Shown: positions 1-9,053 of the stretch, in pieces
Numbering within the stretch: the first letter of the stretch is position 1
Layout of the letters: each line of letters opens with the position of its first letter
Assembly: GCF_000341395.1 (NCBI RefSeq)
Contig: NC_020304.1
Location: forward strand, 1,110,001-1,142,000
Reading direction: 5' to 3'
Source of the DNA: Desulfocapsa sulfexigens DSM 10523
Lineage (GTDB): Bacteria > Desulfobacterota > Desulfobulbia > Desulfobulbales > Desulfocapsaceae
DNA length: 32,000 bases
The notes under the pieces: generated by a model
What the model was told of the DNA's origin: nothing
The model's input: the letters and a program-made list of their open reading frames with translations, nothing else
The model's database searches: none
Program-made: the position numbers and the translations under genes

Positions 1-1130
<1,130 letters not shown>

Positions 1131-1335
1131 TTAAATTAGAACTCCGGTTAATCGTTCGTCTGTCAGGATCATTTTATCAAATTCGTTCTTCTCAGTCAAA
1201 CTGGTCCTTGCTGATCTCCCTCCCTGCACAAGGCCTGTTACTCCACCGACAACGAGATACTCCTCATCAAAATAAGGAGTTTCAGGATGGTGCACCTCTA
1301 TTGCCGATCGATTTATTCTGGTTTAAAGGATAGTC

Positions 1336-1647
1336 TCATCGATGCTGCTCAAAAATATCTTTAAATACTGGGGCGACTGCCTTGAATCCCTTCAGAATCG
1401 CGGGATCAAAATGTTCCGGCATGGTTCGGCCGTCCCCCTCGGTGATAATCCTGCAGGCCTCGTGGCCATCCATGATCGGCATCACGATATCGAGGACGAT
1501 CAGGTCCGGTGAGTTTTCCCGCACCTTCCGCACCGCCTCCTCTCCATCGGCGGCAAATTCAACATCATAACCTAAGGGCACCAGCCACTTGGTAAGCAGT
1601 CTGAGATTGCTCTCTTCATCGTCGACCAGCAATATCTTCTCATTCAT
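1336..1647 (-). pseudogene. Truncated response regulator: N-terminal receiver domain joined to the C-terminal tail of an HD-GYP-like regulator
   Basis: [68 protein letters not shown] is a receiver up to the D-box region, then [35 protein letters not shown] resembles the typical end of receiver-HD-GYP proteins (..G.HFDP.I..AF......F..I). Confidence 0.65.
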
Positions 1648-3968
1648 TTATCCAGGATCTCCCTCACTTTCACCAAAAGGATTTTTGACTGATACGGTTT
1701 CTGGATGAAGTCAAAACCACCCTCCAGCAATTCCCTGTTAGTAATAATCTCAGTGGAATAGCCACTGGTGAAGAGTATTTTCATCTTTGGGCAGATCTTG
1801 AGGATCGCCTCACCGACTTCTCTGCCGTTTTTCTTCGGCATGATCATGTCAAGTAGAACGAGGTTGATCCGCTCCCGGTTTTCAAGGAATTTTGCGATTG
1901 CCTCTTCACCATCCTCTGCGAAGATAACCGTATAGCCGAAGGACTCGAGCACGATCTTTGACAATTTCCTCAGAGCGACGTCGTCCTCGGCTACCAGGAT
2001 CGTCTCATGCCCGCCCTTAACCGGTGCGGGAGCCTCCGCTTTTTGATCCAGAGCCTCTTCATCACAGAGAGGCAGAAATATTTTAAAAATAGTGCCTTCG
2101 CCCGGTTCACTGTAGACCTTGATATAGCCGTTATGTTGTTTGATGATCCCGTAAGAAATGGCGAGTCCAAGCCCGGTCCCTTCTCCGATCTCTTTGGTGG
2201 TGAAAAAAGGCTCGAATATCTTCTGCTGTGTTTCCGCATCCATTCCCGGCCCGGTATCGGCAACCGTGATCAACGCATATCTCCCCGGCCGGCCATATCC
2301 GTACGCAGCAACATAGGCCTCATCTATTTCCTCAAGGCCGGTGGTGATCATCAGCCGCCCACCTTCGCGCATGACGTCCTTGGCATTGGAGGCAAGGTTT
2401 GTCAGCACCTGCTCGATCTGCCCGGTATCGGCCGACACAATCAAGGGCGTATCCGCAAGATCCAGATGAAATTCAATACTCTCTTGGATAATGCGAACCA
2501 GCATTTTTTGCAGGCCCAGGATAAGTTCGTTGATATTAACAGCATTCATTTCAGCTTCATTTTTTCTGCTGAAGATCAGGAGCCTTTTGGTAAGAGCAGC
2601 AGCCCGATCGGCAGCGACCAGCACCTCGGACATATCTTCTCGTGCCGGGTCGTCTGCCGCCAAGGTGTCCATAACCATGGCGCCATACCCCATGATTACG
2701 CTAAGGATATTGTTAAAATCATGAGAAATCCCCCCAGCCAGAGTGCCGACGGCCTCCATCTTCTGGGAATGAAGGAGTTGTTTTTGAAGTTTTTTCCGTT
2801 CACTCACATCGCGAATATTACATTGGGCCAATTCAGCCCGGTCGACCATGTATATGTCCGTGTAAATTTCTTGGCCTGTCTTGGTTTTCAACGGAACATC
2901 TTCATAATTTAGGATGCCCTCCCTATCCAAATCTGCCATTGTTGCGGAAAAATCACGGGTATCGATTGTAACACCGATATCCCGTAGTTTTTTACCACGG
3001 CATTCCGCTTCGGCATACCCCAACAGTTTTTCGATGGCCGGATTCGCATGGGCCACATGTCCTTCTTTCTTTTCAAGAAGCATGATCCCATCGCTGGCGG
3101 TCTCAAAAAGTCTTCGGTAACGAGATTCAGACTCCGCTAACAGATTTTCCAGTTGACGGCGCTCGGTGATGTCCTCGATAGCCAGGAGGATTATCTGCTC
3201 TTTGTCCAAGGATTGTACAATCTGGCGGGCATTCAGCATCATAGTCCGTCGCCCGATGGTGGCAAAATCGTGTTCGACCTCATAGCCATAAAAGCTGGTT
3301 CTCTCAGGCATGATGTTTTCCAGTAGTTCCCGCAACAGGGGGATATCCCACTGTTTATTGCCCAGGTTATAGATAAGCCGCCCCACGGTTTCCTCCGGTT
3401 TTACCTGAAAGAATTCATAGAAGGAGCGACTGACAGTAACCACCCTGAGATCATGATCCAAGGAAATCAAAGGTTCGCGGACCGTGTTGATAACGCTCTC
3501 CGCAAATTCATGTGCTACATCGGCAGATTGTTTAATAACAGCCAGTTGTTTTCGGGTGGTTTCCAGGCCCGTTTCTATCGCCTTACGCTCGGTGATATCC
3601 TCGATGGCCAGGAGGATTATCTGCTCTTTGCCCCACGGCCGTTCAATCTGCCGGGCATTCAGCAACATGGTTCGCCGCCCGATGGTGGTGAAATCGTGCT
3701 CAATTTCATAGTCATCAAAGGTGATTTTCTCGGGCAGAATGGTTTCCAGGAGTTTGCGCAGCCTGGGGATGTCCCATTGCTTATTGCCCAGGTCGTAGAT
3801 AAACTGTCCCACGGTCTCCTCAGGGAGCACCATGAAGACCCGGTAAAAAGAATGGTTGGCTGCGACTACCATGAGATCATGATCGAGAACAATCAGAGGT
3901 TCACGAAGGGTATTGATGATGCTCCTGTCAAATTCCAGGGATTGCGCGTTGCTCTTTTCATTGATCAC
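1644..3968 (-). CDS. PAS-domain hybrid sensor histidine kinase with C-terminal receiver
   Basis: Two near-identical N-terminal PAS-like units, a third PAS ([25 protein letters not shown]), H-box [24 protein letters not shown] boxes ([36 protein letters not shown]), receiver ETILVAEDD...[13 protein letters not shown]...KPY. Confidence 0.95.
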   Translation of the reverse strand: MINEKSNAQSLEFDRSIINTLREPLIVLDHDLMVVAANHSFYRVFMVLPEETVGQFIYDLGNKQWDIPRLRKLLETILPEKITFDDYEIEHDFTTIGRRTMLLNARQIERPWGKEQIILLAIEDITERKAIETGLETTRKQLAVIKQSADVAHEFAESVINTVREPLISLDHDLRVVTVSRSFYEFFQVKPEETVGRLIYNLGNKQWDIPLLRELLENIMPERTSFYGYEVEHDFATIGRRTMMLNARQIVQSLDKEQIILLAIEDITERRQLENLLAESESRYRRLFETASDGIMLLEKKEGHVAHANPAIEKLLGYAEAECRGKKLRDIGVTIDTRDFSATMADLDREGILNYEDVPLKTKTGQEIYTDIYMVDRAELAQCNIRDVSERKKLQKQLLHSQKMEAVGTLAGGISHDFNNILSVIMGYGAMVMDTLAADDPAREDMSEVLVAADRAAALTKRLLIFSRKNEAEMNAVNINELILGLQKMLVRIIQESIEFHLDLADTPLIVSADTGQIEQVLTNLASNAKDVMREGGRLMITTGLEEIDEAYVAAYGYGRPGRYALITVADTGPGMDAETQQKIFEPFFTTKEIGEGTGLGLAISYGIIKQHNGYIKVYSEPGEGTIFKIFLPLCDEEALDQKAEAPAPVKGGHETILVAEDDVALRKLSKIVLESFGYTVIFAEDGEEAIAKFLENRERINLVLLDMIMPKKNGREVGEAILKICPKMKILFTSGYSTEIITNRELLEGGFDFIQKPYQSKILLVKVREILDK

Positions 3969-4466
3969 TGCATCTCCTCACATGAAGATTTTATTTTGTA
4001 CCAGTGTGAATCAATCCAGTTCAGACAGGAGGTTAATGACAAGTTGCTTCAGTCTCCATTCGCGCGACTAGAAGTAAATTGGAGATAACTGTTCTCAACC
4101 CTCCCATCAGTCATAGCAGGTGGACGGAAAAGAACAGGTCGTGGATTATTAAAGCATTGATGTGTTTTTCCACATCATAGTCCCACCTCTTGCGGATCAC
4201 TTTTCCTTGATGTCACCGGCGTCCGTTGTCGTGTTTTCTCTTAGATCCACTCACTCGCTAACTACTCCAGGCGTGGGAAAAGAGGAACTTCACGACTCCG
4301 GGGCGGAGAAAATCCATTTTCCGGAGGAGCAATACACTCGGGGAATACATTCCCTGCCAGGGGGTTATGTAATACATATCATAGCAGTCCAATGTACCAC
4401 TCTCCTGGCAGGCAATGGAAATATCATTGGCTCCAGTTGCCATACCAGGGGATTCAGCGTTTTTGT

Positions 4467-4757
4467 TCATTTAAACTTTGCAGCTGCATCGTGAAAGGCG
4501 GTCTTGACTTCAGACCAGGCTTTTTCCGCGCCTGTTTTGAGATCTTCCCAGGCCTCATCTCCGGCAGCCTTCAACTCATGCAGTTTTGCCCTGGCAATAT
4601 CGCGCTTGTGCTGCAGGGCCTCAATCTTCGTTGCATACTCCACCTTTAGATCCGCATTGACATTTTCCACCTTGGCCTTGAGCAGATCAATCTCTGCGTT
4701 CCATTCCTTCAACTGCGCATCGAGCTTTTCTTCATACGCTTTTCGTTTCTCCATCAT
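4467..4757 (-). CDS. Small charged coiled-coil protein (copy A)
   Basis: MMEKRKAYEEKLDAQLKEWNAEIDLLKAKVENVN...GDEAWEDLKTGAEKAWSEVKTAFHDAAAKFK; strong AAGGAGG RBS just upstream of ATG at 4757, so the longer track start (4844) is unlikely. Confidence 0.8.
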   Translation of the reverse strand: MMEKRKAYEEKLDAQLKEWNAEIDLLKAKVENVNADLKVEYATKIEALQHKRDIARAKLHELKAAGDEAWEDLKTGAEKAWSEVKTAFHDAAAKFK

Positions 4758-4791
4758 GACAACCTCCTTATGTTTGTTAATTTGCATTCTG

Positions 4792-5013
4792 TCAGGCATT
4801 CTTCTTTCCCACAACCAACAGGACGATGCCTCCCACAAGTGCAATAGCTCCGACGATCGGAGGCAGCGGAAAAGTTTTCGTCTTCTCGGTCGTCATCTCG
4901 ATCGGCCCGATATCGATGACCTTTTCCTTACTGGTATAGGTGATGCCTTGATAGGTAAAGGCCATGATTCCAATTGAAATGAGAATTATGGCTACAATTG
5001 TTTGTGTTTTCAT
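4792..5013 (-). CDS. DUF3185-like small membrane protein
   Basis: MKTQTIVAIILISIGIMAFTYQGITYTSKEKVIDIGPIEMTTEKTKTFPLPPIVGAIALVGGIVLLVVGKKNA: two TM segments with the family-like central motif. Confidence 0.85.
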   Translation of the reverse strand: MKTQTIVAIILISIGIMAFTYQGITYTSKEKVIDIGPIEMTTEKTKTFPLPPIVGAIALVGGIVLLVVGKKNA

Positions 5014-5062
5014 TACGTGCCTCTCCGTTATCTGTTAAGTTTGAAAAAATTCCCATCCAGGC
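4993..5062. repeat. Diverged direct repeat, copy 1 (partner at 5551-5621)
   Basis: TACAATTGTTTGTGTTTTCATTACGTGCCTCTC...TCTGTTAAGTTTGAAAAAATTCCCATCCAGGC aligns with 5551-5621, including an exact run of about 31 nt (CTGTTAAGTTTGAAAAAATTCCCATCCAGGC). Confidence 0.88.
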
Positions 5063-5100
5063 TGGAGTCGCAGGCGACGCCCCCTAATGACGTTGAACAC
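5040..5100 (-). pseudogene. 3' remnant of an lmo0937-like membrane protein gene
   Basis: Reverse strand reads ..FNVIRGRRLRLQ.., resembling the end of the intact gene at 5631-5780 (..LNVIGGRRRR*), and is followed by the same flanking sequence TTGAAAAAATTCCCATCCAGGC. Confidence 0.5.
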
Positions 5101-5130
5101 TAATGACCCGTTTTGTTTTTCTGGAAAATT

Positions 5131-5421
5131 TTAATCTTTAAAGCTCGCAACTGCATCTTCCAGGGTTGATTGCAATACTGTCCACGTATTCTCCACACCA
5201 TCGACGAGTTCCTCCCACATGTCATCATGTGCAGCATCGAGTTTTTTTAACTTGGCTTTTGTGGCGTTGATATGCTGTTCAACTTTTTCAACATGTCGGT
5301 TAAGTCTTGCCTGAGTGGCGGTATCAAAATTGTGCCCCTGGGCCTTGAATTCAGCAAATCTGATCTGAACTAATTCCAGCGCTGTGTGCTTTTCCTTTTT
5401 ATAAGCATCTCTGTTCCGCAT
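5131..5421 (-). CDS. Small charged coiled-coil protein (copy B)
   Basis: MRNRDAYKKEKHTALELVQIRFAEFKAQG...AKLKKLDAAHDDMWEELVDGVENTWTVLQSTLEDAVASFKD; same length and C-terminal pattern (AKL.EL.AA.D..WE.L..G.E..W.....A...A...FK) as copy A. Confidence 0.78.
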   Translation of the reverse strand: MRNRDAYKKEKHTALELVQIRFAEFKAQGHNFDTATQARLNRHVEKVEQHINATKAKLKKLDAAHDDMWEELVDGVENTWTVLQSTLEDAVASFKD

Positions 5422-5505
5422 TGTATAACTCCTGTAGTTGCATTTCGATAAACTTACGTTATTTCTATCAATTAGACAGAATTTTCGGTAGCTGTCTTTC
5501 TTTTT

Positions 5506-5571
5506 TTAAGCGACTTTTTCATGTCCTGCAGGATTGAATAAATCCCATGCTGCAATCGTCTGTGTGTTCAT
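5506..5571 (-). pseudogene. 5' remnant of a DUF3185-like gene
   Basis: ORF fragment MNTQTIAAWDLFNPAGHEKVA* begins like the intact paralog (MKTQTIVAI...) and then diverges; upstream sequence is conserved with the intact copy. Confidence 0.5.
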
Positions 5572-5621
5572 TATGTGCCTCTCTCTTATTCTGTTAAGTT
5601 TGAAAAAATTCCCATCCAGGC
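5551..5621. repeat. Diverged direct repeat, copy 2 (partner at 4993-5062)
   Basis: TGCAATCGTCTGTGTGTTCATTATGTGCCTCTCTCTTATTCTGTTAAGTTTGAAAAAATTCCCATCCAGGC. Confidence 0.88.
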
Positions 5622-5630
5622 GAGAGCTAC

Positions 5631-5780
5631 CTACCTCCGACGCCGCCCCCCAATGACGTTGAGCAGAACAACAATTATGGCAACCACCAGAAGGATATGA
5701 ATGAATCCTCCCATGGTGTAACTGCTGATCAGTCCCAGCGCCCACAGAATTATCAGTATTATGGCAATAGTCCACAGCAT
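5631..5780 (-). CDS. lmo0937-family-like small membrane protein
   Basis: Manual translation: MLWTIAIILIILWALGLISSYTMGGFIHILLVVAIIVVLLNVIGGRRRR* (49 aa), too short for the ORF track but a clear match to the family pattern. Confidence 0.87.
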   Translation of the reverse strand: MLWTIAIILIILWALGLISSYTMGGFIHILLVVAIIVVLLNVIGGRRRR

Positions 5781-5958
5781 AACGATCCTCCTTTTGTTCA
5801 TCTGTCAGTTAAACGGTCTCCCGTGGGTATCTCGCCCATTATCGGCAGCGTCATTGTCACGAATCATCTTCGCCGTCACAAGGAGTCCGCCAATGGACCG
5901 TTGATCCCCACATCACCCGTTACATGTATATGTACAATCTAATTCCAGCCGGTTGTCA

Positions 5959-6147
5959 CTACCCAACACGAATGTTTGCGATATTTCCGATCACCCCAAA
6001 GACACTCAACAACCAGAGAACCACAACAATTATCACCACTACATTGAGAATTTTCTTTATGTTGGCCTGCATCGGTATGTAGTTGTTAATAACCCAGAGG
6101 ATTACCCCAACAACAACCAGAATAATTATTAAATTAATTAGCGGCAT
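5959..6147 (-). CDS. Thivi_2564-family-like small membrane protein
   Basis: MPLINLIIILVVVGVILWVINNYIPMQANIKKILNVVVIIVVVLWLLSVFGVIGNIANIRVG: characteristic two-TM pattern with NNYIPM...KKILN. Confidence 0.85.
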   Translation of the reverse strand: MPLINLIIILVVVGVILWVINNYIPMQANIKKILNVVVIIVVVLWLLSVFGVIGNIANIRVG

Positions 6148-6294
6148 ACTCCTTCTCCTAAAATTTCTTTATTTTGTATTGTTTTCAACATACTCTGCGC
6201 CTCAGCCTCTGTATCATCTCTCAGACTGGCCCGGAGGCAATTCCCCTGGATGTGAAAACATCAATCTTCCAGACTGTCGATTTCCCAAATTATG

Positions 6295-6861
6295 TTACCG
6301 AAACCGATCCAGATCTCTTTCCAGTAAATCAAGCCGTTGGGAAACATCTGCACTCTCCTCACGTGGCGGGTATCTTCCGTCTTCCGTCATCCGAAAATAC
6401 TCTCGCCGGATGGAGTCCAGTCTGGATTGAAATTCCCGTTTCTCACGTGCAAGCAAACGACTGCTGATTCTTTCATCATCAATTCTTCTCTGGATGGCGA
6501 TGATTCTGTCACCATTTCCGGGTCCTTCCATTCGTGCTGGCCGGATGAGTGCCCTGTCGATATCCTCTTCAAGCCCATCAAGACGTAGAGAAAGCCTATC
6601 CCATTCGTCCCGGTAAACCCTTCTGTCCCTCAGGTTCGCATAGTCTGTTCGGATCCCCTTCAGTGTCGTCAAAAATACCTGGGACTCATCAAGAGAAAGC
6701 GTGCGGGTTTGCAACCCTTCTCCTATCTTCTCCTGGATCACAACCATCTGAGTCTCTGTATTCCTTTCATTCTCAGGCCATGTTTGCGGCATTGTGGCGC
6801 AGCCCGAGAAAAAGACCAATCCAAACACCACGAATACTGCCAACAAAAGAAAGTTCTTCAT
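6295..6861 (-). CDS. Putative lipoprotein, charged/coiled-coil
   Basis: Lipoprotein signal with lipobox (MKNFLLLAVFVVFGLVFFSGCATMP) and an extended charged C-terminal region. Confidence 0.8.
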   Translation of the reverse strand: MKNFLLLAVFVVFGLVFFSGCATMPQTWPENERNTETQMVVIQEKIGEGLQTRTLSLDESQVFLTTLKGIRTDYANLRDRRVYRDEWDRLSLRLDGLEEDIDRALIRPARMEGPGNGDRIIAIQRRIDDERISSRLLAREKREFQSRLDSIRREYFRMTEDGRYPPREESADVSQRLDLLERDLDRFR

Positions 6862-6873
6862 TTTCCACCTCCT

Positions 6874-7278
6874 CTACTTTTGATAATACTCCCGGACTTT
6901 TGCTGCAATCTGACGATCCGTCATGGTGTCTTCTGTCTCCACAGCCTCGATACGTCCTCCAAGCTTTTCTTTTTCAAGACGTTTTTTCAGTTCGCCCTTT
7001 GCCTCACCGGGACCAAACAGCAGAATCGATTCAGCATCACGAACAGCCGAAACAACTTCATCGTAGTAGGTGTGAAGTTCTCCGGTAAAAATCCTCTCCC
7101 GGCTATCATCCGCCGGAACCTTCTGTGCTTCAAAAGAGGTTGTCGAGCGTACTCCGTCAATTCTTCCTGGCTGCTTTTCCACTTTTGATTCGATAATTTT
7201 TGTGTCCTCTCCGTTGCCCGAAACTGCAACAATCACGGCCTTGCGATGATCAATCCACAAACCAATGGTCGTTTTCAT
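6874..7278 (-). CDS. eRF1 domain-3-like / host-attachment-like protein
   Basis: MKTTIGLWIDHRKAVIVAVSGNGEDTKIIESKVEKQ...ELHTYYDEVVSAVRDAESILLFGPGEAKGELKKRLEKEKLGGRIEAVETEDTMTDRQIAAKVREYY: the LWIDHRKAV and ILLFGPGEAK.EL motifs fit this family. Confidence 0.7.
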   Translation of the reverse strand: MKTTIGLWIDHRKAVIVAVSGNGEDTKIIESKVEKQPGRIDGVRSTTSFEAQKVPADDSRERIFTGELHTYYDEVVSAVRDAESILLFGPGEAKGELKKRLEKEKLGGRIEAVETEDTMTDRQIAAKVREYYQK

Positions 7279-7338
7279 ATATCACCTTTGTGTATACCGC
7301 TTCCTCCGGCGTTCAGATACCGGAACGTATTGCTTTTT

Positions 7339-7524
7339 TTAGCCTCTTTCATCCATATGGCCGTCTGGGACCCGAACAGGACAACCGGGGACCCGACGGC
7401 AGCATGCTGGGTTATACTCCATCCCCTTTACGCGCATGTCATTCTTGACAAAGGCTACTCCCTTGACAGTGTGAGCAACTCCGCCAGCCCTGTTAATGTC
7501 TGTCTGAGAATCAGCATCCCTCAA
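7339..7524 (-). pseudogene. BON-domain remnant
   Basis: Reverse-strand ORF contains GGVAHTVKGVAFVKNDMRVKG, resembling the C-terminal end of a BON domain (..VKDV.GV..V.NDM.V). The rest is not recognisable. Confidence 0.4.
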
Positions 7525-8353
7525 TCTTTTCTTTTGACTTGGATTTCTTGACGGTTATGGGTTTCTTGACAATCATGTTATTGACCACGCTGTTCACGCC
7601 ATGAACATCCTGGACGTATTTTGTGGCCAAATCCTTTTCAGCCGCATTTCCCACGTTACCCTCCAGCGTTACCTGACCATTAGTTGTCATGACCTTGGTG
7701 TCGAGAGCGCTGGTCGAGCGATGATAGAGTAATGTCATCTTGACCAGAGCGGTGACGGATGCGTCATCAATTGAATCGCCCACGTCACTTATCTTCTCAC
7801 TTATCTTTGATTCGTCCGTTGTCATAGACGCCTCTGGTACCTTCATATCATTTTGGACATCTGCAACCCCTACGACATCCTTGACTAATTCGGTCGTCAG
7901 GTCCTTCTGCGCCTGGCTTGTTGCTTCGCCCTGCAGGGTTACGATTCCGTCGTTGGTGTCGACTTCCGTCATGGCGCTTACGTTCCTATGAAAGAAAAGT
8001 GCTGTTTTCACCTTCGTGGTAATCCAGGAGTCCGAATTCTCGAGCGCGCTTTCACCTTTCACTTCCAGCTGGTTATCGACGCTTTTTACTCCAGGAAGGT
8101 TTGCCACGGTCTCCTGGGCCAAAGATTTGTGTGTGTCTTCAGTAACAGTACCGGTCAAGGTGACAGCGCCGTCCATGGACTTGACTGTAACGTCGTCGTT
8201 CTGAAGAAAGTTTTTGAACACATACGAACTCTTGGCAGAAGATTCGACGGAATCATCTGCTTCGCTCGCAGTGGCTAAAACAGGAACAGTGGCAACGAGC
8301 AGGACAGTGACTACTGCCATCAAAACCATGCGATACATTTCTTTCACTTTCAT
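7511..8353 (-). CDS. Exported protein with three BON domains (OsmY-like)
   Basis: Signal peptide followed by three repeats of the pattern NDDVTVKSMDGAVTLTGTV...LPGVKSVDNQLEVKG / DTNDGIVTLQGEA...VVGVADVQNDMKV / TTNGQVTLEGNV...VHGVNSVVNNMIVK. Confidence 0.9.
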   Translation of the reverse strand: MKVKEMYRMVLMAVVTVLLVATVPVLATASEADDSVESSAKSSYVFKNFLQNDDVTVKSMDGAVTLTGTVTEDTHKSLAQETVANLPGVKSVDNQLEVKGESALENSDSWITTKVKTALFFHRNVSAMTEVDTNDGIVTLQGEATSQAQKDLTTELVKDVVGVADVQNDMKVPEASMTTDESKISEKISDVGDSIDDASVTALVKMTLLYHRSTSALDTKVMTTNGQVTLEGNVGNAAEKDLATKYVQDVHGVNSVVNNMIVKKPITVKKSKSKEKIEGC

Positions 8354-8393
8354 TTTGTTCTCCGTTATACACGTTGGTTTTTTCTTAGTATCT

Positions 8394-8705
8394 TCAACAC
8401 CTGCCCTCTATTTTTCCGGCAGGCTGAAAACACTGGTAAACGATTATCTCACTGGGTTCTTCCAGCAGGTTCATGGCCCCTCGCAGTATTTTGAAGGACT
8501 CAGACCCGTAGTGAAGGTCTAAATTCTTTTGTGTTGCCCATTCTTCAAGCAGACAGAGGTTATTCTCATCTTCCGTGCGATAAAACAATTCACAGCGCTC
8601 ACAGCCCATCTGAGCCCTGATACAGCCGAGAAGCGAGGTAACCGTCTGGGACAGTTCCTTGCGTTTCTCGGCAGACACTTTCATATGGATGATGACTAGA
8701 ATCAT
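8394..8705 (-). CDS. Antibiotic biosynthesis monooxygenase (ABM) domain protein, putative quinol monooxygenase
   Basis: MILVIIHMKVSAEKRKELSQTVTSLLGCIRAQMGCERCELFYRTEDENNLCLLEEWATQKNLDLHYGSESFKIL: small dimeric ABM-like fold pattern. Confidence 0.75.
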   Translation of the reverse strand: MILVIIHMKVSAEKRKELSQTVTSLLGCIRAQMGCERCELFYRTEDENNLCLLEEWATQKNLDLHYGSESFKILRGAMNLLEEPSEIIVYQCFQPAGKIEGRC

Positions 8706-9053
8706 ATCTTACACCTAGCAAGAAGAATGCCAACAAACACAGGTAGTCGTAACCACGCAAAAAACCACCTATTCACATACAATTAGGAACAACAGCAGAA
8801 TAAAAAAAGAAGGATTAAGGAGCAAATATATCCGCCACATGTGGCGGGCCCCCAGGATATTGAGGGTAATGGTGAGGGATCATCAGGAAATCAGAACAAC
8901 TGTTTTACGACTGGAGTAACTGCGAGGTCCTTACCAACCCTTGCAGCTAGGCATGTAACGGTTACAATTCTTTGCTGGTCAGAGGATCGCCCATTATTTT
9001 CTCTTCCTTGTTGTAAAGGACTTTCAATCTCTCCAGGCAAAATTTCCTTTGGC

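Noticed and set aside
2007-2912. 301-aa plus-strand ORF
   Set aside because: Shadow ORF opposite the well-supported kinase core (1644-3968), with no domain-like features.
3453-4088. 211-aa plus-strand ORF
   Set aside because: Mostly antisense to the PAS repeats of the hybrid kinase; no recognised features.
6549-7188. Plus-strand ORFs of 179 and 159 aa
   Set aside because: They overlap two convincing minus-strand genes and look like low-information reverse translations.
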